Source: an uncultured Candidatus Saccharibacteria bacterium (GTDB lineage: Bacteria; Patescibacteriota; Minisyncoccia; Phycocordibacterales; CAIZLB01). Taken from it: a stretch of 64,000 bases of DNA. The stretch's first letter is position 1. The number at the start of each line of letters is the position of its first letter. Below the pieces are notes generated by a model. It saw nothing but the letters and a program-made list of their open reading frames with translations, was not told where the DNA came from and ran no database searches. Both the position numbers and the translations under genes were made by a program. This document shows positions 18,615 to 28,211 of this stretch, piece after piece. The DNA lies in the NCBI GenBank assembly GCA_964627085.1, contig CAZVIP010000002.1, forward strand, positions 4,416-68,415, given 5' to 3'.

Positions 18615-21104
18615 TTAATTTCGACTCTTATTATAACCTATATAACCCAAGCCCAAAAGCGCCAAAAACATTATAAATAACAAGGCTTTTGCAGCGCTAT
18701 TTCTAGCAATAAAGTCCAGGATACTTGAGCTTTCAGCGATTTGATTAATTTGACCCAAACCAGTTGCATCACCGCGCTCCACAAGATCACTGCTCTGAGG
18801 ACCGACACCCTGATTTAAGTTTGAACCATCCCGCTGATCTGAAGTCCGAGCGAGCTGTCTGTTATTTGATTCGCTGTTTACACCCGCAGTATCAAATTGA
18901 CCCGAAACTTCAGAACCTCTTGTGCCTGTTGTGCGCAAAGGTGTTGTAGTAGATGCACCAGTTTGTGCATTGCCGTTAAACAATGACGGACTTGTTGATG
19001 CTGTAGTTGTCGCGGACGAAGGACTTGATGTACCCGTTCCATTTGAACTGTTTTGGACACCAGCCTCAACGCCGTTATTCGCTGAATTTGCTGATTCATT
19101 CGTACCTGTTTGCTTGGCAAATGGGACCATAATACTTCCCCATGTTTTACCTAAATACCCCGGGACCGCATATGAAGTGGCCCAAAGTCTTGAATTATTA
19201 TCAAGTGAACTTTCGAGACCTCCGTCATTTGTTGATTGTTTTGCACCGAGATAATCATTTGGATTTTTTCCTGACACCGTCCAATTACGTGGTGATTCTC
19301 CGAGTGCTGAAATAGCCTGCATCACCCATGCTGTTGCAAAAGTATTTTGCCATCCGCCGTCTGATTCTTGCGTCGACTTGAGATATTGTTTTGCGCGGGC
19401 AAGTGCAGACGATACATTTGTTTCATTCGCGAAAGGAGCGAGCACGGATATTGCAGCTGCTGTCACGTCGACGCTTTCGAAGGCACCTGAGCTTTGCTGT
19501 TTTGACAAAATATATGAAATTGATTTTGAGATTTCAGGATCCGAAGTAGTGTATCCGGCTTTTGACAATACGAGCACACTGAATATGTCATCATTTACAA
19601 GCTCTGTACTACCGAATTGATTTCCATCAAAACTTTTTTTAATTTGTTCTATATAATTTTTTGATGTTCCATTATATGGATTCACTCCGAGCGACATGAG
19701 CGACATGGCTCGACGTGCATAATCGAGTGGATTTGAACTATTTATTTGATTATTGATTAAATAATTTTTAACAGGGTTTGTGCCAATACCACCGATGCCT
19801 CCATATGATGCAAAAGCAATTGCTGCCCAGTCCGCATAGAGTGCTGATGTATATGCGCCGCCATTTTCTTTTGTCAGGATAAAAGAGATTGCATTCTCCA
19901 CACTAAATTGATTTCCAATAACCCCACTACCCTGGCCTGCACCTCCGGAATTATTACCAGTACCTGACATATCTGTCGTGCTTGTCGCTGTTGATGTTGC
20001 TAAATAGCCTTCTGGTGCCTCGCTTATATCGACAACTGCAAAGTCATATAGTGGATAGTAATATTCTTCACTAATGCCGATGCCGTATGCGCCAGATGTA
20101 GCCACTGTCAGCGAAGCATATCCATCGGAAGAAGTTGTTGTAGCATTCACAATTTCTGGACTCCATGGATTTGATGGATCTGGTCTTGTTGCACCAACTG
20201 TTACACCAGCAAGCGGTGACCATGCATTTGTTCTATATTCATAATTCTCGGCTCTGACCAGAAAAGGAATTGTTGTATATGCAGTCTCGGTTGGAAGGAC
20301 GATGCGACTCTTTGTCCCAAAATATAAATACACATCATCGCCATCATGGAGAATATAATCATCAACGCCAACAAATGGATATGTATCATTAACTACAAAC
20401 TGCCAATTATAGCAAGCATTTACCGTTGTACTTGTTGCAATATTTTGAGTCTGAATATTTAGACAATTGATAATATATGAATCAAATGAATCGAAATACG
20501 AAAGATCGGTCAGCTCAAAATTATCTGACAATTTATCAGCTTCGATAATAGCCGCAAGCGTTGACGAACCCTGTATTTTTCGCACAACTGAAGCATTATC
20601 AATTACATCAATATCCCTCTGTGCGATTGTCACCTGTCTCTCAAAGACAATGTCATTGTTATAGCGGACATGGACCATTACCTTTTGTTCTGTTTGCTCT
20701 GCACTTGATGATGCAGTGCTTGTTGCAGTGTTTTCTTCTTGGATAAGGTTTGTTTGGACACTTTGCTGTGCCACAGGAGCAGGTTGTTCTTCTTGTGTCG
20801 ATGTTGACGTTTCTGTGTCCGTACCAGTTTGTATTTCAGTTTGTGTTTGTGTTTGTGTTTGTGTTTCTTCGCCCGGACCAGCTGTTACCTCAGTTGGCGT
20901 TTCAGTGACCACCATCGGCAGACTTTCGTCAGTTACCTCATCTGCAAATGCAATGTGTGCACTTTTTGTTGCCAAGACATTTCCGAAGGTAAAAACTAAG
21001 ACATAAAATAATAATAGTGAACTTGCTGTAATTTTCTTGAGAAATATTTGATATTTTTCACCTGCATATTTTTCTGATTTTGTTGGCGCGCTATTCTTTC
21101 TCAT
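18615..21104 (-). CDS. membrane-anchored surface protein: DUF4430-like beta domain, Ig-like domain, alpha/alpha barrel (prenyltransferase-like repeats)
   Basis: signal peptide; WQFVVNDTYPFVGVDDYILHDGDDVYLYF; QQSSGAF and QESDGGW repeats; S/T linkers; C-terminal TM. Confidence 0.8.
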   Translation of the reverse strand: MRKNSAPTKSEKYAGEKYQIFLKKITASSLLLFYVLVFTFGNVLATKSAHIAFADEVTDESLPMVVTETPTEVTAGPGEETQTQTQTQTEIQTGTDTETSTSTQEEQPAPVAQQSVQTNLIQEENTATSTASSSAEQTEQKVMVHVRYNNDIVFERQVTIAQRDIDVIDNASVVRKIQGSSTLAAIIEADKLSDNFELTDLSYFDSFDSYIINCLNIQTQNIATSTTVNACYNWQFVVNDTYPFVGVDDYILHDGDDVYLYFGTKSRIVLPTETAYTTIPFLVRAENYEYRTNAWSPLAGVTVGATRPDPSNPWSPEIVNATTTSSDGYASLTVATSGAYGIGISEEYYYPLYDFAVVDISEAPEGYLATSTATSTTDMSGTGNNSGGAGQGSGVIGNQFSVENAISFILTKENGGAYTSALYADWAAIAFASYGGIGGIGTNPVKNYLINNQINSSNPLDYARRAMSLMSLGVNPYNGTSKNYIEQIKKSFDGNQFGSTELVNDDIFSVLVLSKAGYTTSDPEISKSISYILSKQQSSGAFESVDVTAAAISVLAPFANETNVSSALARAKQYLKSTQESDGGWQNTFATAWVMQAISALGESPRNWTVSGKNPNDYLGAKQSTNDGGLESSLDNNSRLWATSYAVPGYLGKTWGSIMVPFAKQTGTNESANSANNGVEAGVQNSSNGTGTSSPSSATTTASTSPSLFNGNAQTGASTTTPLRTTGTRGSEVSGQFDTAGVNSESNNRQLARTSDQRDGSNLNQGVGPQSSDLVERGDATGLGQINQIAESSSILDFIARNSAAKALLFIMFLALLGLGYIGYNKSRN
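20839..20866. repeat. (GTTTGT)4+ in-frame hexamer repeat encoding TQTQ
   Basis: four full units plus a partial unit. Confidence 0.8.
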
Positions 21105-21105
21105 G

Positions 21106-21834
21106 CTATTCGTTTGTTAATTCAAATCTGATAATGTCTCCGCTTTTTGGAATATAGTTAGAAATTCCAACATTTCCCCTTTGACTGTTCACACGATAAA
21201 ACCAATATAGATTATTTTTTGGCGATTCTTTTATGCCATTTATTGAGTCTATATAGTAACCAAGTCCATCAAATTCTTTTTGGGTAAAAGAGAGCACACC
21301 TTCATCGCTTAGTTTTTTTGTGAGATCATATACAGTTCCACCTATCTTGAGTTTTGTATCTATGCGCAAGGCGATTGTTTTTGTATTCGGACCAGCTGTC
21401 GAGACTCCTATTTTTTGCGCATTTTCAGCACTGACGAAAACCTCAAAAGAAACCGGCATTTGCTCAGCCACCTGGCCCCCTTGAACCCCAGCTGTATTTG
21501 CATTCATCTGTGCGATAGAGGTTGCGGTATAGGTCGCACTTCCCGGCGCATTCAAGTACATATCCATTTCCGCAGACCTATCTTTTGATACTTGTTTTGA
21601 GCGTAGGCTACTTAGAGATTTTGATTCACTCTGACCAGTCTGACCACTTTCACTAATCTGACTTAGGATTTCCTTGTCGAAAGAATTATTGTCTCTCACC
21701 TCCCTAACATTTCGTGAATATTCAGAATATAAAGATGCGAATACAGTCAGTGCAACACAAAAAGCAATAAGGAAAATATACTTAGCACTTTTTTTGATCG
21801 ACAGCCCTATAGATGATTGTATTTTTTGATTCAT
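21106..21834 (-). CDS. DUF4430 (transcobalamin C-terminal-like) domain protein
   Basis: N-terminal TM; GTVYDL, GYYIDSING, YWFYRVN...VGISNY..KSGDII. Confidence 0.85.
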   Translation of the reverse strand: MNQKIQSSIGLSIKKSAKYIFLIAFCVALTVFASLYSEYSRNVREVRDNNSFDKEILSQISESGQTGQSESKSLSSLRSKQVSKDRSAEMDMYLNAPGSATYTATSIAQMNANTAGVQGGQVAEQMPVSFEVFVSAENAQKIGVSTAGPNTKTIALRIDTKLKIGGTVYDLTKKLSDEGVLSFTQKEFDGLGYYIDSINGIKESPKNNLYWFYRVNSQRGNVGISNYIPKSGDIIRFELTNE

Positions 21835-21838
21835 AAAC

Positions 21839-21865
21839 AAAAAAACTTCTGCGAGTCAGAAGGTT
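21839..21865 (-). terminator. attenuator-type intrinsic terminator just upstream of the operon start
   Basis: minus strand CTTCTG-actcg-CAGAAG-TTTTTTT ends four nt before ATG 21834. Confidence 0.7.
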
Positions 21866-22023
21866 GTCGTGCTTTATTCATGTTGTATAGTTTTCACTTA
21901 AACATGTGTATGGATTTCTGTACCACATGCGCTCGGCCTTGAATATAATACCTGAAAAGATATTTGATTCACCGATTCGGAAACTATATGTATGTATATA
22001 AAGACGTTCTGCTCGAAACTTAC

Positions 22024-22200
22024 AAGTCATTTAAAGATCGGACTTATCATCTGCAATAATTGCGATGCATTACCGTTGCGGCACAGCGAAGGATTTTCAC
22101 CTTACTTCCACATTCAGCATTCTTTGTTCTGCTGACGCTCATTTCCCGCCCAAGAATCTGTTCAAGATCTTGCAGTACAAGGGAAATAAGTAAATGACCT
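22024..22200 (-). promoter_or_regulatory. cobalamin riboswitch
   Basis: minus strand GGAA-GTAAGG-TGAAAAT-CCTT-CGCTGTGCCGCAACGGTAA...AAGTCCGA core; closing stem GTCATTTA/TAAATGAC; upstream of DUF4430/DUF6580 genes. Confidence 0.85.
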
Positions 22201-22322
22201 TCGCATATTCTATGCAAAGGTCATTTACTTGTAAACATATACAATTGGTTTTTTTGTGTTGCGATGAGGTCTTCTTGTGTGTATTTCAGCAAAACCAACT
22301 TCTCCATCCTCAATCCGCCAGA

Positions 22323-22787
22323 TTACTCAATATTTGCAACTGTGTATTCGATATCTGCAGTTGGAGTCTTTACTGTGAAATCTTCACCCTTCTTCTTTCC
22401 AAGTACAGCGGCACCAAATGGTGACTTGAATGAAACCTTTCCATTAGCTGTATCAATTTCTTCTGATCCTACAATAGTGAAGATTCGGACATCTTTTGAA
22501 CCCTTCTTTTGTGCGTGAACTTTTGATCCGATTTCTACGACATTGCTGTGGTGAACAGCGACAATCTCAGCTGAGGCAAGAATAGTTTCGAGCTGTGAGA
22601 TTCTATCTTCGAGTGCAGCCTGATCCTCTCGAGCCTCGTGATATTCGGCGTTTTCTGAAAGGTCTCCAAGTGATTTTGCAAATTCAAGTTCGTCAGCGAT
22701 TTGTTTTCGCTTCTCAGTTTTAAGGAGTGCAAGTTCTTTTTGTAATTCTTCGAACTTTTCTTTTGTGAGATATTCTTTATTAGCCAT
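22323..22787 (-). CDS. greA: transcription elongation factor GreA
   Basis: GDLSENAEY, VSFKSPFG. Confidence 0.97.
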   Translation of the reverse strand: MANKEYLTKEKFEELQKELALLKTEKRKQIADELEFAKSLGDLSENAEYHEAREDQAALEDRISQLETILASAEIVAVHHSNVVEIGSKVHAQKKGSKDVRIFTIVGSEEIDTANGKVSFKSPFGAAVLGKKKGEDFTVKTPTADIEYTVANIE

Positions 22788-22899
22788 GAATTCTTGTTTT
22801 GAGTTAATTAATAGCGATATGCTGTATTATGCTTTATTAAAGCCCTGTTTTCGATTATGGCTGAAATTATAGCTTATTTTGAGTATTTTGGCAATCGGC

Positions 22900-23832
22900 C
22901 TACTTGCCTGTGGTGACTTTTGCTGGGTCAAATTTATTACCCTCGAAAACCACAGTTTCAACTGATCCATCAAATTCCGTGGTGCGCAGCACTACATCAT
23001 CATTTGCATCAGTGGTGATTTCTATCAGACTATTTCCGTCCTTATAATCCTTTGCTGAACTGTCATATAGCCCGATGACATCTTTCTTGTCATTATTCAA
23101 AACTAGAGCGATTATTGTCTTTCCGTTTTCTGTGAAGTTAACAATTTTGAAATTCTTCTTTTCCATTTCCACTTTTGCGCCGGCTGAGATTTTGATTGTC
23201 GGCTCTGGTGCGACAATTTTCTCTGAGACTTTATCTCCATCGACAGCGATGCCATGTGACTTTAATTCCGTGAGCATGTCTTTCAAAAAATGACCTTCAT
23301 TTATATAGCCTGTAGTTGGAACACCTTCAATTTCAAAAGCATGCTTATCTTTATAATATACTGCATAATGAAAATTAATTGATCGTAATATTACTTTTGA
23401 TTCACGAATAGAAATGTCTGGGTTACCGAGATCTTTTACCCATACATTTAGTTGAGCCACAAATTCATGGACACGCTCTTCATATGTCATATTTTTTTCA
23501 CTTCCTTTATGAGCATTCATTGTGGCATGTTCCTTGTCTCTACCTGCATCTGCCTTCAGGTCGCGCGCAGGTTGTTCGCCGGCAGTGGCAGTAGACATCA
23601 TAGTGGCCGCAGTCAATACCTGCCAAATCCGCTGTAGAGATTTTCCATGTGTTGCGCTGGGCGCCTTGCTATTTGTTTTTACTTCTGGCGACCCTACTTC
23701 CTCTTGGATGACAATTGGTGTATTAAAACTACTATCAACGTTTTCAATAGTACCGTCTATTGGCTGTCCTTCAACTGGTAAAGGCACAGACATTGAATCA
23801 GTATTAAATTCTTGTGGATTTCTTTCGAGCAT
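22900..23832 (-). CDS. hypothetical protein
   Basis: 310-aa ORF in line with mrdA; no motif recognised. Confidence 0.75.
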   Translation of the reverse strand: MLERNPQEFNTDSMSVPLPVEGQPIDGTIENVDSSFNTPIVIQEEVGSPEVKTNSKAPSATHGKSLQRIWQVLTAATMMSTATAGEQPARDLKADAGRDKEHATMNAHKGSEKNMTYEERVHEFVAQLNVWVKDLGNPDISIRESKVILRSINFHYAVYYKDKHAFEIEGVPTTGYINEGHFLKDMLTELKSHGIAVDGDKVSEKIVAPEPTIKISAGAKVEMEKKNFKIVNFTENGKTIIALVLNNDKKDVIGLYDSSAKDYKDGNSLIEITTDANDDVVLRTTEFDGSVETVVFEGNKFDPAKVTTGK

Positions 23833-23844
23833 ATAAATATATTA

Positions 23845-25767
23845 TCACAAATCCGCTCTAAAATACTCAGGCATATACAGCGCCATCTTGCCCATGAGCT
23901 CAGCAAATGCAGCTGTCGCGCCGAAAATTGCATTTGATGGCCCTTTTTCCATCATGATGACAAAAGCATACTTCGGTTTATCGTATGGAAAAAACCCTGT
24001 GGCCCAAGAGTTGATAAATTCATTATTTATACCAGTCTGCGCAGTCCCTGTCTTCCCAGCAATTTTAATACCCGGTAAATTAAGAGCCTTCATTGTTCCA
24101 TCAGTTACAGTCATTCTCATACCCTCTTGAACAATTTTAAAATACGAATTACTGGATATAGGTAATTTTTTATTTTCTTCTATCGGCTCAATCTCTTGTG
24201 GTGAAAGCTGTGATTGATTTGTACCAAGAGATGATATCGTTGATGAACTGACAGTGTTTGTCGATCCGAACTTAGAGTTGATATCCTCTGATTTTATTTT
24301 ACTCTCATCCAATCCAACTGTTTTGAAAATCCTTGGATCAACAAGTGTGCCGTTGTTCGCAATTGCTGCAATAGCACGAATAGCCTGTGTCGGAGTGATT
24401 TGATATCCATACTGACCAATTATAGTGTTGTAGGTGTCTCCCACTCTCCAGATATCACCATTGAAATTTTTTGCCTTCCATTCTGGTGTTGGGATAATAC
24501 CTGATTTACCTTTGAAAAAACCACTGGAAATAGCCTCACCTAGTCCAAACATTTTTGAGTATTGATCAATTTTCGTAATACCAAGACCTTTTTGCTGATC
24601 AAGGAAACCGCCACCAATTTGATAAAAATAAACATCTGATGAAACAGCGATTGCTTCACGCATGTCTGTGTACCCATGTGCTTTCCAGTCTCTGAAAATT
24701 GTATACTCACCAGGTTTATAAGGGTTTGGGAACCTGAGCTCACCAGTACTTTCAATTTGTTTATCAGGGGAAATAATTTGCTCCTGAAGTGCTGCAAGGG
24801 CAAAAATTGGCTTCACGATAGAACCTGGTGTGTATAGACCCTGTGAAATTCTATCAAGAAAAGGTTTTCGCTTATCAGTCAGATATTCTTTAATTGCCAC
24901 TGTATTTGATGCCGCCGTCATTATATTTGAGTCGTACTCTGGATATGAGACACTGGCAATTACTTCACCAGTATATATATCCATAATCATACCAGCCCCA
25001 TCCAAGAACCCTGATCTGTGACTAATTTCTTTGATTGATTCATACATTGACTCTTGAACTCGTGCATCAAGCGTTAATGTTATATTCGTTCCTTTTTGTG
25101 GTGGACGCATCACACTCTCTGAAATAACATTACCTTGTACATCCGTCTCTGTGAGTTTCAGTCCTGGTCCACCCTTGAGGACTTTATCGAAATATGACTC
25201 AACACCATCAGCACCAGAGTATTCGGTATTGTAGTAAAAGCCGGACTTATCTTTCTTTGGATATTTTACATAGCCAACTAAATTGTGAGTACCGGGTGTT
25301 TGCCTGTATTTGCGAATTGGAAAATCCTTTTGTTTATCATCCAACTGATTCCAGGCAAGTAAAATCCCATTTCTGTCTTGAATAACTCCTCTTTCTGAAA
25401 AAATAAGACTTTTGTTTAATCTGTTATTTTCCGCAAGGCCGACCCATTTTGCAGATTCAAAAAATTGTAGCTTGAGTGATTGTCCTAAATATATAATTCC
25501 AACAAGCAAAAAGATTCCTGCCGTCACATAAATAGTTGTCGCTGAAATTGGTTTTTCAATTCTCCCTTCAAATTGATTTGTGTCAAAATCTGGCAGGTTT
25601 GAAGAGTCGATAAATATTTCGTCAGGATCGACATCTTTATTCATGCGTCCTATGCTTTTTCTAAAAATAAGACCTGAGAAAAACAAACCAATTCTTTTTG
25701 TAAAAGAATATCTTCGAGATGGAATTTGATTGCTTTTGAGCAATGTTTGTTTTCTTGAAAAAAACAT
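23845..25767 (-). CDS. mrdA: penicillin-binding protein 2
   Basis: PGSIVK, SSDVYFY, KTGT, GIIPTPEWK; follows mreBCD. Confidence 0.92.
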   Translation of the reverse strand: MFFSRKQTLLKSNQIPSRRYSFTKRIGLFFSGLIFRKSIGRMNKDVDPDEIFIDSSNLPDFDTNQFEGRIEKPISATTIYVTAGIFLLVGIIYLGQSLKLQFFESAKWVGLAENNRLNKSLIFSERGVIQDRNGILLAWNQLDDKQKDFPIRKYRQTPGTHNLVGYVKYPKKDKSGFYYNTEYSGADGVESYFDKVLKGGPGLKLTETDVQGNVISESVMRPPQKGTNITLTLDARVQESMYESIKEISHRSGFLDGAGMIMDIYTGEVIASVSYPEYDSNIMTAASNTVAIKEYLTDKRKPFLDRISQGLYTPGSIVKPIFALAALQEQIISPDKQIESTGELRFPNPYKPGEYTIFRDWKAHGYTDMREAIAVSSDVYFYQIGGGFLDQQKGLGITKIDQYSKMFGLGEAISSGFFKGKSGIIPTPEWKAKNFNGDIWRVGDTYNTIIGQYGYQITPTQAIRAIAAIANNGTLVDPRIFKTVGLDESKIKSEDINSKFGSTNTVSSSTISSLGTNQSQLSPQEIEPIEENKKLPISSNSYFKIVQEGMRMTVTDGTMKALNLPGIKIAGKTGTAQTGINNEFINSWATGFFPYDKPKYAFVIMMEKGPSNAIFGATAAFAELMGKMALYMPEYFRADL

Positions 25768-25772
25768 ATTAA

Positions 25773-26048
25773 TTATGAATAAAATCTAATGCGTCTTTTT
25801 GTGACATAAATAATAACCATCAATATAGCAGCGCAATATGTGTATGTGAGCATAGGCATATGACTACTTGTACCTGACCACTCGGCTGATGAATAAAAAA
25901 TATCAGCCAAGAAACCCCAAATCAACACCTCGTGTAATTCATATTTCCAGATAATCAATGCGCTGTATACAAAAACAATATACCAAGGCAAAAAGATCAG
26001 GGCGAATAAAAAGAATATATTAATTAGTACTCTTTTTAATAAGGACAT
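25773..26048 (-). CDS. mreD: MreD-like small membrane protein
   Basis: hydrophobic, GFLADIF, located between mreC and mrdA. Confidence 0.6.
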   Translation of the reverse strand: MSLLKRVLINIFFLFALIFLPWYIVFVYSALIIWKYELHEVLIWGFLADIFYSSAEWSGTSSHMPMLTYTYCAAILMVIIYVTKRRIRFYS

Positions 26049-26973
26049 AAATAAGTGAGTTTAAATTAATTGGCAATTTAAAATATGCGTAGATATATGC
26101 TTCGCCATCTTCTGAATCGACCGATTCAATTGCAGAGAAAACCTCTGGCTTCAAGAAATTTCTAGCGACCAAATCACCTTTGTGTATCTCTGTGACCTTT
26201 GGTAATTTGAGGAAAAAATTCCCACCACCCTTGCCTTCTGCTGTAAATGCCATTGTTGTAGTTCCAATCAGTACATCAATTTTTGATCCTGGCGCTGAGA
26301 GCAATTTGACTGTCGTGCGATGTTCTTTGACATCAACAACCTCACCAATTGGAAACCCTCTGAAAGCATATACCTGGTCGCCCAAAGTGACACCGTCTGC
26401 ACTTCCAACATTTACCACAAGGGCATCATATGGACTCTGCGGAGGCCGTACAAGGACACTAGCGAGTACTTCGTCCTTGCGGAGGGTATTATCAACCGCA
26501 GCAATACGCCCCGCTCCTGTAGTCATCTGTGGACTCAGAGTGCTGGTCGCGAGACTACTCTTTGTACTAGTTGCCGTGGTTGACGCGACACTTAGTGCGG
26601 TTGCCTGAGCTGGACTTTCCTCGCCTGTATCTTGATTTACTTTTTCAAGAGCCATTGGATCTGTGGCGATACCACTTGGTATTCGAACGCCGGCTTTTTT
26701 GATTAACTGGAGCAAAGCATCATTTTCTACTTCGAGTGCTTGTATCTTTGAATCATATGCAGATGGCAAGAGAGATATTTGTCCATTTGTATTTGGGACA
26801 AAGAGACTCTTTATTCCAAATAAAATATTTCCTATAAAACTACCGAGCACAAAATATAAAACCACGAGGATAATCAGAGTCACAATGATAAGCAAAAAAC
26901 CAACCGGCTTCTTGCTACCAGAAAGACTATGAGAAGAGCTTATATGTTTACTGGCGTGATGGAGGTAACTCAT
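26020..26973 (-). CDS. mreC: rod shape-determining protein MreC
   Basis: TM, LEVEN coiled-coil, VNVGSADGV..GD, IGEV. Confidence 0.88.
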   Translation of the reverse strand: MSYLHHASKHISSSHSLSGSKKPVGFLLIIVTLIILVVLYFVLGSFIGNILFGIKSLFVPNTNGQISLLPSAYDSKIQALEVENDALLQLIKKAGVRIPSGIATDPMALEKVNQDTGEESPAQATALSVASTTATSTKSSLATSTLSPQMTTGAGRIAAVDNTLRKDEVLASVLVRPPQSPYDALVVNVGSADGVTLGDQVYAFRGFPIGEVVDVKEHRTTVKLLSAPGSKIDVLIGTTTMAFTAEGKGGGNFFLKLPKVTEIHKGDLVARNFLKPEVFSAIESVDSEDGEAYIYAYFKLPINLNSLIYVLIKKSTN

Positions 26974-28015
26974 CTTCGTTTTGAATTAGTATATCAGCAA
27001 AACGAATTAAATCCTCTAAAATAATCCCCGCCCCTCGCGCAACAGCTGTTAGTGGATCATCCGCAACATGAACCGGAATACCAACATATTCATTGAGTAC
27101 TTCTGGAAGGCCGTGAATCAAAGCCCCACCCCCTGCAAGATAAATACCATTTTTCATAATATCTGAAAGAATTTCTGGTGGAGTTGTTTCGAGAACTTCT
27201 TTGACCGCATCGAGAATGGTATCAACAGAAGCACCAATCGCACTTCGTACATCAGCATCAGTGACAACCACTTCACGTGGTAGACCAGTTACTAAATCTC
27301 GCCCTCTGATTGTTGCTTCGAGCGGTGGATTTGTTGGAATAACACTTGCGATAGCAACCTTAACTTCTTCGGCTGTTTTTTCTCCAATCAGAATTTTAAA
27401 TTCATTTCGGATGTATGAGACTATGTCTGTATTTAATTTATCACCTGCGACTTTGAGATTTTTTGCTCGTACAATTCCTCCGAGTGAGATCACTGCAATA
27501 TCAGTTGTACCACCACCGATATCAATAATCATACTTCCAGAAGCGTCATGGATCGGCAATCGAATACCAATCGCAGCTGACATAGGCTCTTCAACAATAT
27601 GCACTTCGCGAGCACCGGCATTTTTTGCGGCGTCACGAACGGCACGTCTCTCTACATTTGTGACACCATAAGGGACACCGACGACGACTTTTGGACCAAA
27701 CATTTTCTTTGAGATGCCTTCTGCTTTTTTAATCAAATATGAAAGCATTTCCTGTGTGACTTCGAAATCTGAAATCACTCCGTCAACAAGTGGTCTCACC
27801 GCAACAATGTGCGCAGGTGTGCGTCCAAGCATGTCTTTTGCAGTTTTCCCTACAGCGACAACACGACCAGTCTTTTGATTGACGGCCACAACTGAGGGTT
27901 CATTGATAACCACACCGCGCCCACGCACGTATACAAGCGTATTTGCAGTCCCTAAATCGATACCGATTTCATTAGAGGTGAGCGTATGGAATTTTTGTTT
28001 GAGTTTTTTGAGCAT
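26948..28015 (-). CDS. mreB: rod shape-determining protein MreB
   Basis: IGIDLGTANT, EPSVVA, DIGGGTTD, GGGAL. Confidence 0.96.
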   Translation of the reverse strand: MLKKLKQKFHTLTSNEIGIDLGTANTLVYVRGRGVVINEPSVVAVNQKTGRVVAVGKTAKDMLGRTPAHIVAVRPLVDGVISDFEVTQEMLSYLIKKAEGISKKMFGPKVVVGVPYGVTNVERRAVRDAAKNAGAREVHIVEEPMSAAIGIRLPIHDASGSMIIDIGGGTTDIAVISLGGIVRAKNLKVAGDKLNTDIVSYIRNEFKILIGEKTAEEVKVAIASVIPTNPPLEATIRGRDLVTGLPREVVVTDADVRSAIGASVDTILDAVKEVLETTPPEILSDIMKNGIYLAGGGALIHGLPEVLNEYVGIPVHVADDPLTAVARGAGIILEDLIRFADILIQNEDELPPSRQ

Positions 28016-28211
28016 AGGTTCTGAATTGCGCTTATTCTATAGGAAAAAAGCATATATGGCGAATTTGACTAAATATGGCAAATGTATGGTGGTTTTTGCC
28101 AATTTTTATGTGAAATTTTAGGTGAAAAGAGACACGCAAAACAGGGCTCTGCACCAAGCTTTCAGGGCCGAACAAACTGTTTAGATTGAAACCTACATCC
28201 TGACTGACAAA

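Noticed and set aside
20839-20866. Phase-variable ON/OFF repeat
   Set aside because: The 6-bp unit is in frame, so slippage would only change linker length
18615-21104. Squalene/terpene cyclase or prenyltransferase enzyme
   Set aside because: Secreted and membrane-anchored, single barrel, no DxDD motif, and in a B12-riboswitch context
28120-28200. c-di-GMP-I riboswitch (GAAA...ACGCAAAAC.GGG)
   Set aside because: No P2 pairing, and it is antisense to the flanking genes
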